Shown here one piece after another: positions 41,480 to 50,251 of a stretch of 64,000 bases of DNA. Made by a program: the position numbers and the translations under genes. Positions within the stretch are counted from its first letter, which is position 1, and each line of letters begins with the position of its first letter. This DNA comes from Nitrospirota bacterium (GTDB taxonomy: Bacteria; Nitrospirota; UBA9217): assembly GCA_963790205.1 (NCBI GenBank), contig CAWBNQ010000003.1:800001-864000 (forward strand). The letters run 5' to 3'. The notes beneath the pieces were generated by a model that ran no database searches, was not told the DNA's origin, and saw nothing but the letters and a program-made list of their open reading frames with translations.

Positions 41480-41899
41480 ATGATAAAAAACAGGATTATC
41501 ATGCTGTTATTTGGTTTTTTATTCGTTACAGCAACCTCAGCAATTGCCCAGGTTCCCACGATTGACTCTGAACAACTGAAGGCATGGATGCATGGGAAGC
41601 AGAAAGCGGTTCTTATCGATGCGAGGCCGGCCGATGAGTACCGGGCAGGCCATATTCCGGACGCGATCAATACCTATGCTGAGAATATAAAGGCCGAGGC
41701 AAAACGCCTTCCAAGGGACAAAACGACCCCGATTATTTTTTATTGCAGGGGAGAGGGTTGAGGCCTCAGCCGTATGGCCGCGGGCGCGGCCGCAGAGATG
41801 GGGTATACGAACCTTATGATCTACCAGGCAGGCATTCCTGACTGGCTTCTGAAGGGATACTCTGTGCAGAAGGGGAACCGGCCCGGGAAGATGCAGTAA
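41480..41899 (+). CDS. exported rhodanese-domain protein, predicted selenoprotein C89xxxxU94
   Basis: LIDAR..EY..GHIPDAIN and IIFYCRGEG-TGA-GLSRMAA...GYTNL..Y..GIPDW in one frame. Confidence 0.9.
41765..41797 (+). promoter_or_regulatory. bacterial SECIS-like hairpin
   Basis: GGCCGC-GGGC-GCGGCC with the loop starting 21 nt after the UGA at 41759..41761. Confidence 0.75.
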
Positions 41900-41923
41900 G
41901 TGGAAGGGAATCTGGAAGAACGT

Positions 41924-42730
41924 ATGGTCACGAAGAGAGAGAAAGTCAACTATACGATCCAGTCCGTATCGCACGCGCTCGATATCCTTGAATCGTTCAC
42001 GAAAGCCGAGAACGAACTCGGCGTGACCGAGCTGTCGAAGAGACTGGGCCTGCACAAAAACAACGTGTTCCGCCTGCTCGCCACACTTGAACACCGGGGC
42101 TATGTCGAACAGAACAAGGCAACTGAGAATTACCGGCTCGGCCCCAAGACACTTCAGATCGGCTCGATCTTCATCGAACAGCGTGAATGCCGCCGTCAGG
42201 CGAGGCCCATCCTCGAGAACCTCATGGCTGCCTCGGGCGAAACGGCGGTGGTGGCCGTGCTCCGTGCGAACAAGGTGATCTACATGGACAGCGTGGAGAC
42301 CGACAGGACCGTGCGCGCTGTTTCACGCATCGGCGCCATGCTTCCGGCGCACTGCACCGCCGTGGGAAAGTCACAGCTTGCCGCATTGTCTCCCTCCGAG
42401 CTTGAACGTCTCTATCCGGAAATGGACCTGCCGCCGCTCACGGAGAGGAGCATTAAAACGCGTGACGCCCTTCTGGCGGAGCTGAAGAAAATCGCTGAAA
42501 AGGGGTACGCGCTCGAAAACGAGGAATGCGACCTGGAAGTCAGGAGCATCGCGGCACCGGCCAGGGATTTTTCCAGGAACGTGATCGCGGCCATAGGCAT
42601 CGTGGCCCCTGCCTCCCGGCTCACCGATGAACGGCTCGACAAGGGCGGGGTCATAACCCTGCTTCTGGAAGCGGGCCGGGCCCTCTCCGCCAAGTTGGGG
42701 TACAGCACGCCGTCGGGGAAAAAACAGTAG
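41924..42730 (+). CDS. IclR family transcriptional regulator
   Basis: IQSVSHAL.ILE, FRLLATLE.RGYV, HCTAVGK motifs. Confidence 0.95.
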   Translation: MVTKREKVNYTIQSVSHALDILESFTKAENELGVTELSKRLGLHKNNVFRLLATLEHRGYVEQNKATENYRLGPKTLQIGSIFIEQRECRRQARPILENLMAASGETAVVAVLRANKVIYMDSVETDRTVRAVSRIGAMLPAHCTAVGKSQLAALSPSELERLYPEMDLPPLTERSIKTRDALLAELKKIAEKGYALENEECDLEVRSIAAPARDFSRNVIAAIGIVAPASRLTDERLDKGGVITLLLEAGRALSAKLGYSTPSGKKQ

Positions 42731-42905
42731 CCGCTCATCGAGCAGTGCTTTGGACCTGGAAAGAAGCCGTATCTTCAGGGACCGGCATGACTTGCCATGA
42801 CCTGTTAGCGCCGCCGAACACGTCGGAATGGATCGATCCAGGTCTTTGGATCGGTACGCAGTAGTTTATTGACACCCCTGTTTGTGCTGTGTTATTATCG
42901 TCCCG

Positions 42906-43733
42906 ATGGTGATTGAACAAAAATGGGAGCGTCTCAAAACACTGCTCCAGGAGCTGCAATGCGCGGTGCTCGCCTATTCCGGCGGCGTGGACAGTTCCCT
43001 TCTGATGAAGGCGGCATCGGAGGTGCTGGGACCTCGCCTCATCGCGGTCACCTCGGTTTCAGAGACCTATCCGCCCGGCGAACTCGATGCAGCGAAGACG
43101 TTCGCCCGTTTGCTGGGCGTAACGCACCGCATTCTACGCACCACGGAACTTTCTTCCGAAGATTTTGTGCAAAACTCAACGGACCGGTGCTACTTCTGCA
43201 AGAAGGAGCTTTTTGAAAAGATCAGGCAGATCGCCGATACCGAGGGCATTCCCGTCATTCTCGACGGGTCGAATGCCGACGATCTTAAGGACTATCGTCC
43301 CGGCACGAAAGCCGCGAAGGAGTATTCCATCAGGAGCCCGCTCCAGGAAGCGGGGTTCACCAAGTCCGATGTCCGCGACTGCGCGCGCCTGCTGGGCCTG
43401 CCGGTCTGGGACAAACCGTCGCTCGCCTGCCTCTCTTCCCGCATCCCCTACGGAACGCGGATCACCCCCGGGATATTGCAGACCGTCCATTCTGCCGAAG
43501 AACACATGCGCTCGCTCGGGTTCCGCGAGGTGCGTGTCCGTCATCACGGCGATACTGCGCGGATCGAGGTTCGGAAAAGCGATTTCGAACACATGCTCAC
43601 GGGCGATACAGCGCGAAAGCTGATCGCGGCGCTCAAAAAACTGGGCTACACGTACATCTGCCTGGACCTCGAAGGGTATCGCACGGGAAGCATGAATGAG
43701 GGGCTTAAGATACCAGTAGGAAGTAAGAAGTAA
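42906..43733 (+). CDS. larE: ATP-dependent sacrificial sulfur transferase LarE family
   Basis: AYSGGVDS PP-loop, RCYFCK, DYRPG, CLSSRIPYG, RVRHH, GYRTGSMN motifs. Confidence 0.92.
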   Translation: MVIEQKWERLKTLLQELQCAVLAYSGGVDSSLLMKAASEVLGPRLIAVTSVSETYPPGELDAAKTFARLLGVTHRILRTTELSSEDFVQNSTDRCYFCKKELFEKIRQIADTEGIPVILDGSNADDLKDYRPGTKAAKEYSIRSPLQEAGFTKSDVRDCARLLGLPVWDKPSLACLSSRIPYGTRITPGILQTVHSAEEHMRSLGFREVRVRHHGDTARIEVRKSDFEHMLTGDTARKLIAALKKLGYTYICLDLEGYRTGSMNEGLKIPVGSKK

Positions 43734-43771
43734 GGAATTTGGAAGTATTCTTGAATTCAAGGAGTATAGGG

Positions 43772-45049
43772 ATGAGGGTACTGGTGGTCGGCGGCGGCGG
43801 CCGGGAACACGCACTGGTGTGGAAGATCTCGCAAAGCCCCCGGGTGACGAAGATCTACGCGGCCCCGGGGAATGCGGGGATGGCGCAGTTTGCCGAATGC
43901 GTGCAGCTCAGAGCCGAGGACATACCGGGTCTCCTTGCCTTTGCCAGGGCGCAGGCTATCGACCTGACCGTTGTGGGGCCGGAAGGTCCCCTCTCCATGG
44001 GCATTGTGGACGAATTCACCAGAGCGGGTCTGCGTATTTTCGGCCCGAGCGGCAAGGCGGCCGTGATCGAGGCCAGCAAGCAGTTTTCGAAGGACCTGAT
44101 GAAAAAATACCATGTCCCGTCCGCGGAATACGGCGCCTTCACCGACCGGGCGGCGGCCGAAGCATATGTGCGCGGGAAAGGTGCTCCGATCGTGGTCAAG
44201 GCCGACGGACTGGCAGCGGGCAAGGGCGTGGTGGTTGCCGAGACAGTCGAGGAGGCGCTCAAGGCCCTGGACCTGATCATGTCGCAGAAGGCCTTCGGCA
44301 CGGCGGGAGACCGCGTCGTGATCGAGGAATGTCTCAAGGGAGAAGAGGCGTCGTTCATGGCCTTTACCGACGGCAGGACCGTGGTGCCCATGGCTTCGTC
44401 GCAGGACCACAAACGCGTGTTCGACGCGGACAAGGGGCCGAACACCGGCGGCATGGGCGCCTATTCACCGGCGCCGATCGTGACGAAGAAACTTGAACGG
44501 AAGATCATGGAAACGATCATGGTCCCCACCGTGCGGGCCATGGAGAAAGAGGGGCGCCTGTTCAAGGGCGTGCTGTATGCCGGCGTCATGATCTACGAGG
44601 GAGAGGCAAAGGTGCTCGAGTTCAACGCGCGCTTCGGCGATCCGGAAACGCAACCGGTCATGTCAAGGCTCGATACGGACCTTATCACGATCCTCGAGGC
44701 GATCGTGGACGGCACGCTGTCCAAGATCGAGATCGCCTGGAAGTCCGATTCCGCAGTCTGCGTGGTCATGGCCTCGGGCGGATATCCGGGCAATTACGAG
44801 AAGGGCAAGGAGATCACGGGCCTCGACAAGGCCGCCGGGCATGAGAACGTCATGGTCTTCCACTCGGGGACCTCGCAGAAGAACGGCAAGATCGTGACCG
44901 ACGGCGGCAGGGTGCTTGGGGTCACGGCGCTGGGGCCGGTGGTGGCAGCGGCCATCGACAAGGCCTATGCGGCGGTGCGGGACATCTCCTTCGAAGGAGC
45001 GCACTACCGCCGGGACATCGGCGCGCGGGCGCTCGAAACGGGGAATTAA
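43772..45049 (+). CDS. purD: phosphoribosylamine--glycine ligase
   Basis: GGGGREHAL, KADGLAAGKGV, GPNTGGMG, EFNARFGDPE motifs. Confidence 0.98.
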   Translation: MRVLVVGGGGREHALVWKISQSPRVTKIYAAPGNAGMAQFAECVQLRAEDIPGLLAFARAQAIDLTVVGPEGPLSMGIVDEFTRAGLRIFGPSGKAAVIEASKQFSKDLMKKYHVPSAEYGAFTDRAAAEAYVRGKGAPIVVKADGLAAGKGVVVAETVEEALKALDLIMSQKAFGTAGDRVVIEECLKGEEASFMAFTDGRTVVPMASSQDHKRVFDADKGPNTGGMGAYSPAPIVTKKLERKIMETIMVPTVRAMEKEGRLFKGVLYAGVMIYEGEAKVLEFNARFGDPETQPVMSRLDTDLITILEAIVDGTLSKIEIAWKSDSAVCVVMASGGYPGNYEKGKEITGLDKAAGHENVMVFHSGTSQKNGKIVTDGGRVLGVTALGPVVAAAIDKAYAAVRDISFEGAHYRRDIGARALETGN

Positions 45050-45105
45050 AATTAACCGCAGATCGCAGAGGGAACGTACGTTTGCGTTTGTACGAAACTT
45101 ATCTA

Positions 45106-45870
45106 ATGAAGAAAGCAACCGTCAAGAATATCAGCGATTTTCTGAACAGGACGCTGCGGGTCAAAAAAATACGTGACGCTTCCGTGAACGGCCTGCAGGT
45201 CCGGCCTCGTAACGCCGGTGAAATAGCCACGGTCGGTTTTGCCGTTGATGCTTGCGTCCCGACCTTTGAAAAAGCGAAAAAGCTCGACGTCGATCTCCTG
45301 GTGGTGCACCACGGCATCAAGTGGAGACCGCAAAAAGACAGGGTCCTTGCGGAGAGGAGAATGGCGTTCCTCAAGAAAAACAACATGGCGCTCTATGCCG
45401 TGCATCTGCCGCTTGATCTGCATGAGGAATACGGGAACAACATCCAACTGGCCCGGTTCCTGGGTCTTCGGGGCATCCGGAAATTCGGCAGGTATCACCG
45501 CGTACCGATCGGCTACGCGGGAGCGCTCGGGAAGGCGACGAGTCTCCATGCAATCGCCGCGCAGGTGCGGAGACATTTGCAATCGTCTTGCCGGTCGCTT
45601 TCCTTCGGCAAAGACCGCGTGCGGACGATGGGTATCATCTCCGGCGGGGGCGGCAGCGTGCTGATCGACGCGGTAAAGGAAAAACTCGACTGTTTTCTGG
45701 TCGGCGAGATCGATCTTGCGGCGTATAACGCGGCAAGGGACCACGCGATCAACCTTATTGTCGCCGGCCACTATGCAACGGAAACGGTCGGAGTAAAGGC
45801 CTTGATGCCCCTCATCAAGGAGACCTTCGGTGTTGAAACGGTCTTTATCGAAGATAAAAAGAAACTCTAA
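45106..45870 (+). CDS. Nif3-like dinuclear metal protein
   Basis: NGLQV, VHHG, HLPLD.H...GNN, AGHYATE motifs. Confidence 0.93.
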   Translation: MKKATVKNISDFLNRTLRVKKIRDASVNGLQVRPRNAGEIATVGFAVDACVPTFEKAKKLDVDLLVVHHGIKWRPQKDRVLAERRMAFLKKNNMALYAVHLPLDLHEEYGNNIQLARFLGLRGIRKFGRYHRVPIGYAGALGKATSLHAIAAQVRRHLQSSCRSLSFGKDRVRTMGIISGGGGSVLIDAVKEKLDCFLVGEIDLAAYNAARDHAINLIVAGHYATETVGVKALMPLIKETFGVETVFIEDKKKL

Positions 45871-46018
45871 CATAAAAAATCGCAAGTCGTTCTTGTCGCA
45901 GTGAACGCGGAGGACGCAACGGTAAGGCCTTTTACCGTGTTAGCGTCCTCAGCGGTAAAAAATTTGTTTTCAGCATAAGCACCTCGTTATCAACGAAGAG
46001 CTGAGAAGGGAGTTCATC

Positions 46019-46645
46019 ATGGCTAAACCGCTTGTAGGGATATTGATGGGGAGCGATTCAGACCTGCCGATCATGCAGGAAGCAGCGGCCATGCTCCAGG
46101 AGTTCGGTATCGAATACGAGATGACGATCGCATCGGCGCACCGGACACCGAAGAAGGTCCTCGAATACAGCCAGAACGCAGAGAAACGCGGGCTCAAGGT
46201 GATCATTGCCGGCGCGGGCTGGGCCGCGCACCTCGCGGGTTTCGTGGCATCGCAGACGACGCTGCCGGTGATCGGAGTACCGATCGATTCCTCGCCGCTC
46301 AAGGGGATCGACGCGCTCCTGTCCACGGCGCAGATGCCGGGGGGCGTGCCGGTAGCGACTATGTCGCTCGGCAAGTCCGGCGCAAAGAACGCCGGCGTGT
46401 TCGCAGCGCAGATCATCGCAATCGGCGACGTGAAGATCGCCAACCGCCTCAAAGTCTACAAAGTCGAGATGGAGCGAGAGGTCGAGGAGAAGTCAAAGCG
46501 GCTCGTTGCTATTTCGTCGGTTGTGGCGCCGCTCAAAGAGGCCGCTGCCGTCGCCCCGGCCGGGCCGGCCAAGAAAAAATCACGCCGGAGACGGCGGAAG
46601 AAAAAAGCCGACGGTACGGCGCCCGTCCAGGGACCGGCATCGTGA
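46019..46645 (+). CDS. purE: N5-CAIR mutase with basic C-terminal extension
   Basis: MGSDSD, SAHRTP, AGAG.AAHL, QMPGGVPVAT motifs. Confidence 0.96.
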   Translation: MAKPLVGILMGSDSDLPIMQEAAAMLQEFGIEYEMTIASAHRTPKKVLEYSQNAEKRGLKVIIAGAGWAAHLAGFVASQTTLPVIGVPIDSSPLKGIDALLSTAQMPGGVPVATMSLGKSGAKNAGVFAAQIIAIGDVKIANRLKVYKVEMEREVEEKSKRLVAISSVVAPLKEAAAVAPAGPAKKKSRRRRRKKKADGTAPVQGPAS

Positions 46646-47502
46646 AGACCGAGCTCGAATGCCTGCCCTGTTTTTACGGGCAGATCGCGCGTACGCTCGC
46701 CTATGCTGGCATAAACGGCGACCGCGGCAGCCGCATCAAACGCAAGGCCGAAGCGGTCATTGAAAGCGCGTCCCTCGACGAGGTGCCGGCGCGCACGACC
46801 ACCCTCATTCACCGGATCCTGCGGCAGGAAACAGGCGTTGATCCGTATAAAAAAGTGAAAGAGACCTATAACCAGATCGCGCTCGAGAAACTGTCTGGTC
46901 TCAGGAAGCGGGCTTTCGAAAACGCCGATCGCCTCGAAGGAAGCGTTCGCGCCGCGATCGCGGGGAACGTGATCGACTTCGGCATCTACGAACAGATCGA
47001 CCTTGATCGTTCCATCGACGAAGCGTTTCTCCTGCCGCTGTCCACTGCCGGGTATCGGTCTTTTTCGGCCGCCGTCAACAGCGCTCATCGTATTCTCTAC
47101 CTCTGCGACAACGCGGGCGAGCTCGTCTTCGATCGGGTCCTTCTCGAAATCCTGCGGGACAGGGAAAAAAACGTGACCGTTGCGGTCAAGGGGGCGCCGG
47201 TGATCAACGACGCCACGCTCGCCGACGCGGAATTCGCCGGTCTCGCCGAGTGTGCTACGGTCATCGACAACGGCAATGACGGCATCGGCACGCTGCTGGA
47301 GGCGTGCTCGCCGCGTTTCATGGACGCCTATCGTGCGGCGGATCTTATCATCAGCAAAGGCCAGGCCAATTACGAAACCCTTGTTCAGTCCGGCGATGCG
47401 CGCATCTTCTACCTGTTCAAAGTTAAATGCCCGGTTGTTGCAAACGCGCTCAAACGTGAGAACGGCGACATTGTGGTGATGGGCGGAATTAGTAAAAAGT
47501 AA
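46642..47502 (+). CDS. DUF89/ARMT1-like damage-control phosphatase
   Basis: ECLPC, DPY, AGNVID, DNAGE, INDAT, KGQANYE, KC motifs. Confidence 0.92.
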   Translation: MKTELECLPCFYGQIARTLAYAGINGDRGSRIKRKAEAVIESASLDEVPARTTTLIHRILRQETGVDPYKKVKETYNQIALEKLSGLRKRAFENADRLEGSVRAAIAGNVIDFGIYEQIDLDRSIDEAFLLPLSTAGYRSFSAAVNSAHRILYLCDNAGELVFDRVLLEILRDREKNVTVAVKGAPVINDATLADAEFAGLAECATVIDNGNDGIGTLLEACSPRFMDAYRAADLIISKGQANYETLVQSGDARIFYLFKVKCPVVANALKRENGDIVVMGGISKK

Positions 47503-47582
47503 GAAGTAGGAAGTAGAAAATAAGGGGTAAGTAAGGTAAGGAACGAAGAAGAATGAATCGCGAGTCGTGATGCGGTGAATAC

Positions 47583-48197
47583 ATGAAGAAGGATGCCGAG
47601 ATCGTCAAAATAGACCCTGCTCACCCCGAGCACGCTTTCGCCCGATGCAGGGACGTAATATTCGCGGGCGGCGTGATCGTTTATCCGACCGACACTTTTT
47701 ACGGCCTCGGTGCGGACCCCGGCAATGCCGCTGCGATCCAAAAACTTTTTGCGATCAAAGACAGACAGATCGACCGGCCTATTCTGCTTTTGATAAAGGA
47801 CGCCGGTCAGGTGCCGAATTGGGCGGCCGAAATTCCCGCGAAGGCCGAAAAGCTGATGCGGCAGTACTGGCCCGGCCCGCTTACGCTCGTGTTTAAGGCA
47901 AAGGAGTACGTACTGCCCGAACTTACGGCGGGCGCCGGTACGATCGGGCTCAGGGTTCCCGGCAGCGTGCTTACGGTGCAGCTCCTTGCCTTTCTGGGTA
48001 CGGCGCTCACCGGCACGAGCGCGAACACCTCGGGCGGCCCCAGCCCCCGGACGGCGGAGGAAGCCATGGAGGCCGTGGGCGGCGCCGTTGATCTGATCGT
48101 CGACGGCGGCAGGACCTCAGGCGGCAAACCGTCCACCGTGGCGGATGTAAGCGCCGGTCAGGTCACGGTAATACGTGAAGGCGCGATCAAGCTGTAA
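47583..48197 (+). CDS. tsaC: L-threonylcarbamoyladenylate synthase
   Basis: YPTDTFYGL, WPGPLT, TSAN.SG, PST motifs. Confidence 0.93.
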   Translation: MKKDAEIVKIDPAHPEHAFARCRDVIFAGGVIVYPTDTFYGLGADPGNAAAIQKLFAIKDRQIDRPILLLIKDAGQVPNWAAEIPAKAEKLMRQYWPGPLTLVFKAKEYVLPELTAGAGTIGLRVPGSVLTVQLLAFLGTALTGTSANTSGGPSPRTAEEAMEAVGGAVDLIVDGGRTSGGKPSTVADVSAGQVTVIREGAIKL

Positions 48198-48291
48198 AAC
48201 TTGTGAAATAGAGACAACGGTCGCGCGTTTCGAGTTGCAGTTTCGAGTTACCGTTAAATTTCTATTTTACTATTATTGAAAAGGACGGACG

Positions 48292-49609
48292 ATGAAGAAA
48301 GTATTTGTGCTGGACACCAATGTGCTGCTCCACGACCCTCGGGCGATCTTTTCCTTCGAGGACAACGATGTGATCATCCCGATCGTGGTGATCGAGGAGC
48401 TCGACAAGTTCAAGAAAGGGATCGATGAGATCGGCAGGAACGCGCGCCAAGTGTCGAGGATCCTCGACGAGTACCGGCAAAAAGGCAAGCTATCCCAGGG
48501 GGTCAAGCTCGACGGCGGCGGCGATCTCCGCGTTGAGTTGAACCACCAGTCCACGGAGCATCTGCCGCGCCGAACTGATCGCGACCAAGGCGGACAACCG
48601 GATCCTCGCCACGGCGCTGAACCTGAAGCACGACAACCTCCCGGTGATCCTCGTGACCAAGGACACGAACCTGCGCATCAAGGCCGATGCGGTCGGTCTC
48701 AATGCCGAAGACTACGAATCGGACACCATAACGCTCGACGAACTCTATTCCGGCGAGATGGAACTTGCCGTTGGGCCCGGCGCGATCGAAGAATTCTACA
48801 CCAAGGGCGAGTTGCAGACCCCTGATCCCAAACCCCACCCAAACCAGTTTGTGCTCATCAAAAACACGGCCAATCCGTCACAGACCGCGCTTGCCCGGTA
48901 CAGCCAGCAGAAGCAAGCCCTGGTCCCTATCCTGAGTGTCAAGCACGGGGTCTGGGGCATCACGTCGCGCAACAAGCAGCAGCAGTTCGCGCTCGACCTG
49001 CTCCTGAACGATGATATCCGTCTGGTGACGCTCGTGGGCAAGGCCGGTACCGGCAAGACGCTCCTGGCGCTGGCCGCGGGCCTGGACAAGACCATCGAAG
49101 CACGGTCGTTCCAGCGGCTCGTCGTCTCCCGGCCGGTGTTCCCCATGGGCAAGGACATCGGGTTCCTGCCCGGCGATATCGAGGAGAAGCTCAGGCCCTG
49201 GATGCAGCCCATCCGTGATAACCTCGACTTCCTCGTGGGCTCCTCGGGAGGACCCGGACGGGTCAAGGGCAAGAAGGACCTCCAGAGCCTCTTCGACCTC
49301 GGCATGATCGAGGTTGAGCCCCTCACCTATATCCGCGGGAGGAGCATGCCGAACCAGTACCTCATCGTGGACGAGGCGCAGAACCTCACGCCCCACGAGA
49401 TCAAGACGATCATCACCCGCGCGGGCGAGGGGACTAAGGTCGTGCTGACCGGCGACCCCTACCAGATCGACAACCCCTACATCGACTCGGAGAGCAACGG
49501 CCTCACCTTCGTGGTCGAGCGCTTCAAGGAAGAGCCGATCGCGGGACACATCACGCTTATCAAGGGCGAGCGTTCGGACCTCGCGGAACTTGCGGCAACG
49601 CTGTTGTAA
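48292..49609 (+). CDS. PhoH family protein with N-terminal PIN domain (frameshift near 48568)
   Basis: VLDTNVLLHDP, GKAGTGKT, YIRGRS, DEAQN, GDP.QID motifs. Confidence 0.93.
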
Positions 49610-49660
49610 GAGCACACGGGAATTTAAATCCATATCAGCTCACACGTAAGGAGGCCATTG

Positions 49661-50119
49661 ATGGTCAAGCAGGCATGCCCAACACCGGGTTTTGAGAGAT
49701 TGCTGGTTGCAACGGACGGGTCCGACTTCAGCAAGGCGGCAGTAGAGGAGGCGATCAAGATCGCCCGCGTATGTTCGAGCATGCTGTACGTTGTGCTGGT
49801 GATCGAGATCAGCGCCGAAATAGAGATGTGGGACGCGCAGTCCGCGGACAAGCTTGAAAAGGACATGCGACATTATCTGAACGGCATTCGATCAAAGGCC
49901 GCCAGGGCAGGCGTCAAATGCGAGGTCATCCTGCACCTGGGTGACGAGCCTTACAAGGATATTGTTTCCGAGGCGAAAAAACGGAAGGTCAGCACGATCA
50001 TCATGGGCAGCCACGGACGCACCGGGCTTACGCGGCTTCTGATGGGCAGTGTGGTTTCAAGGGTCATCGGTCATGCGCCGTGCAAGGTGCTGGTGGTCCC
50101 GGTAAAAGTCAAAAAATAG
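49661..50119 (+). CDS. universal stress protein
   Basis: LLVATDGS and IIMGSHGRTGL.RLLMGSV motifs. Confidence 0.93.
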   Translation: MVKQACPTPGFERLLVATDGSDFSKAAVEEAIKIARVCSSMLYVVLVIEISAEIEMWDAQSADKLEKDMRHYLNGIRSKAARAGVKCEVILHLGDEPYKDIVSEAKKRKVSTIIMGSHGRTGLTRLLMGSVVSRVIGHAPCKVLVVPVKVKK

Positions 50120-50251
50120 CCTTTTCTGCAGTAATACTTTTGCCGGTGCTTTGCGCTCTGTCCGGAATTTGAACAGTTGACAGACGTTTCTCTTAGCTCT
50201 AATATCTGAATATGGTTTCTGCTCCAACCTGATAAAGCAGAAAAAACAGCC

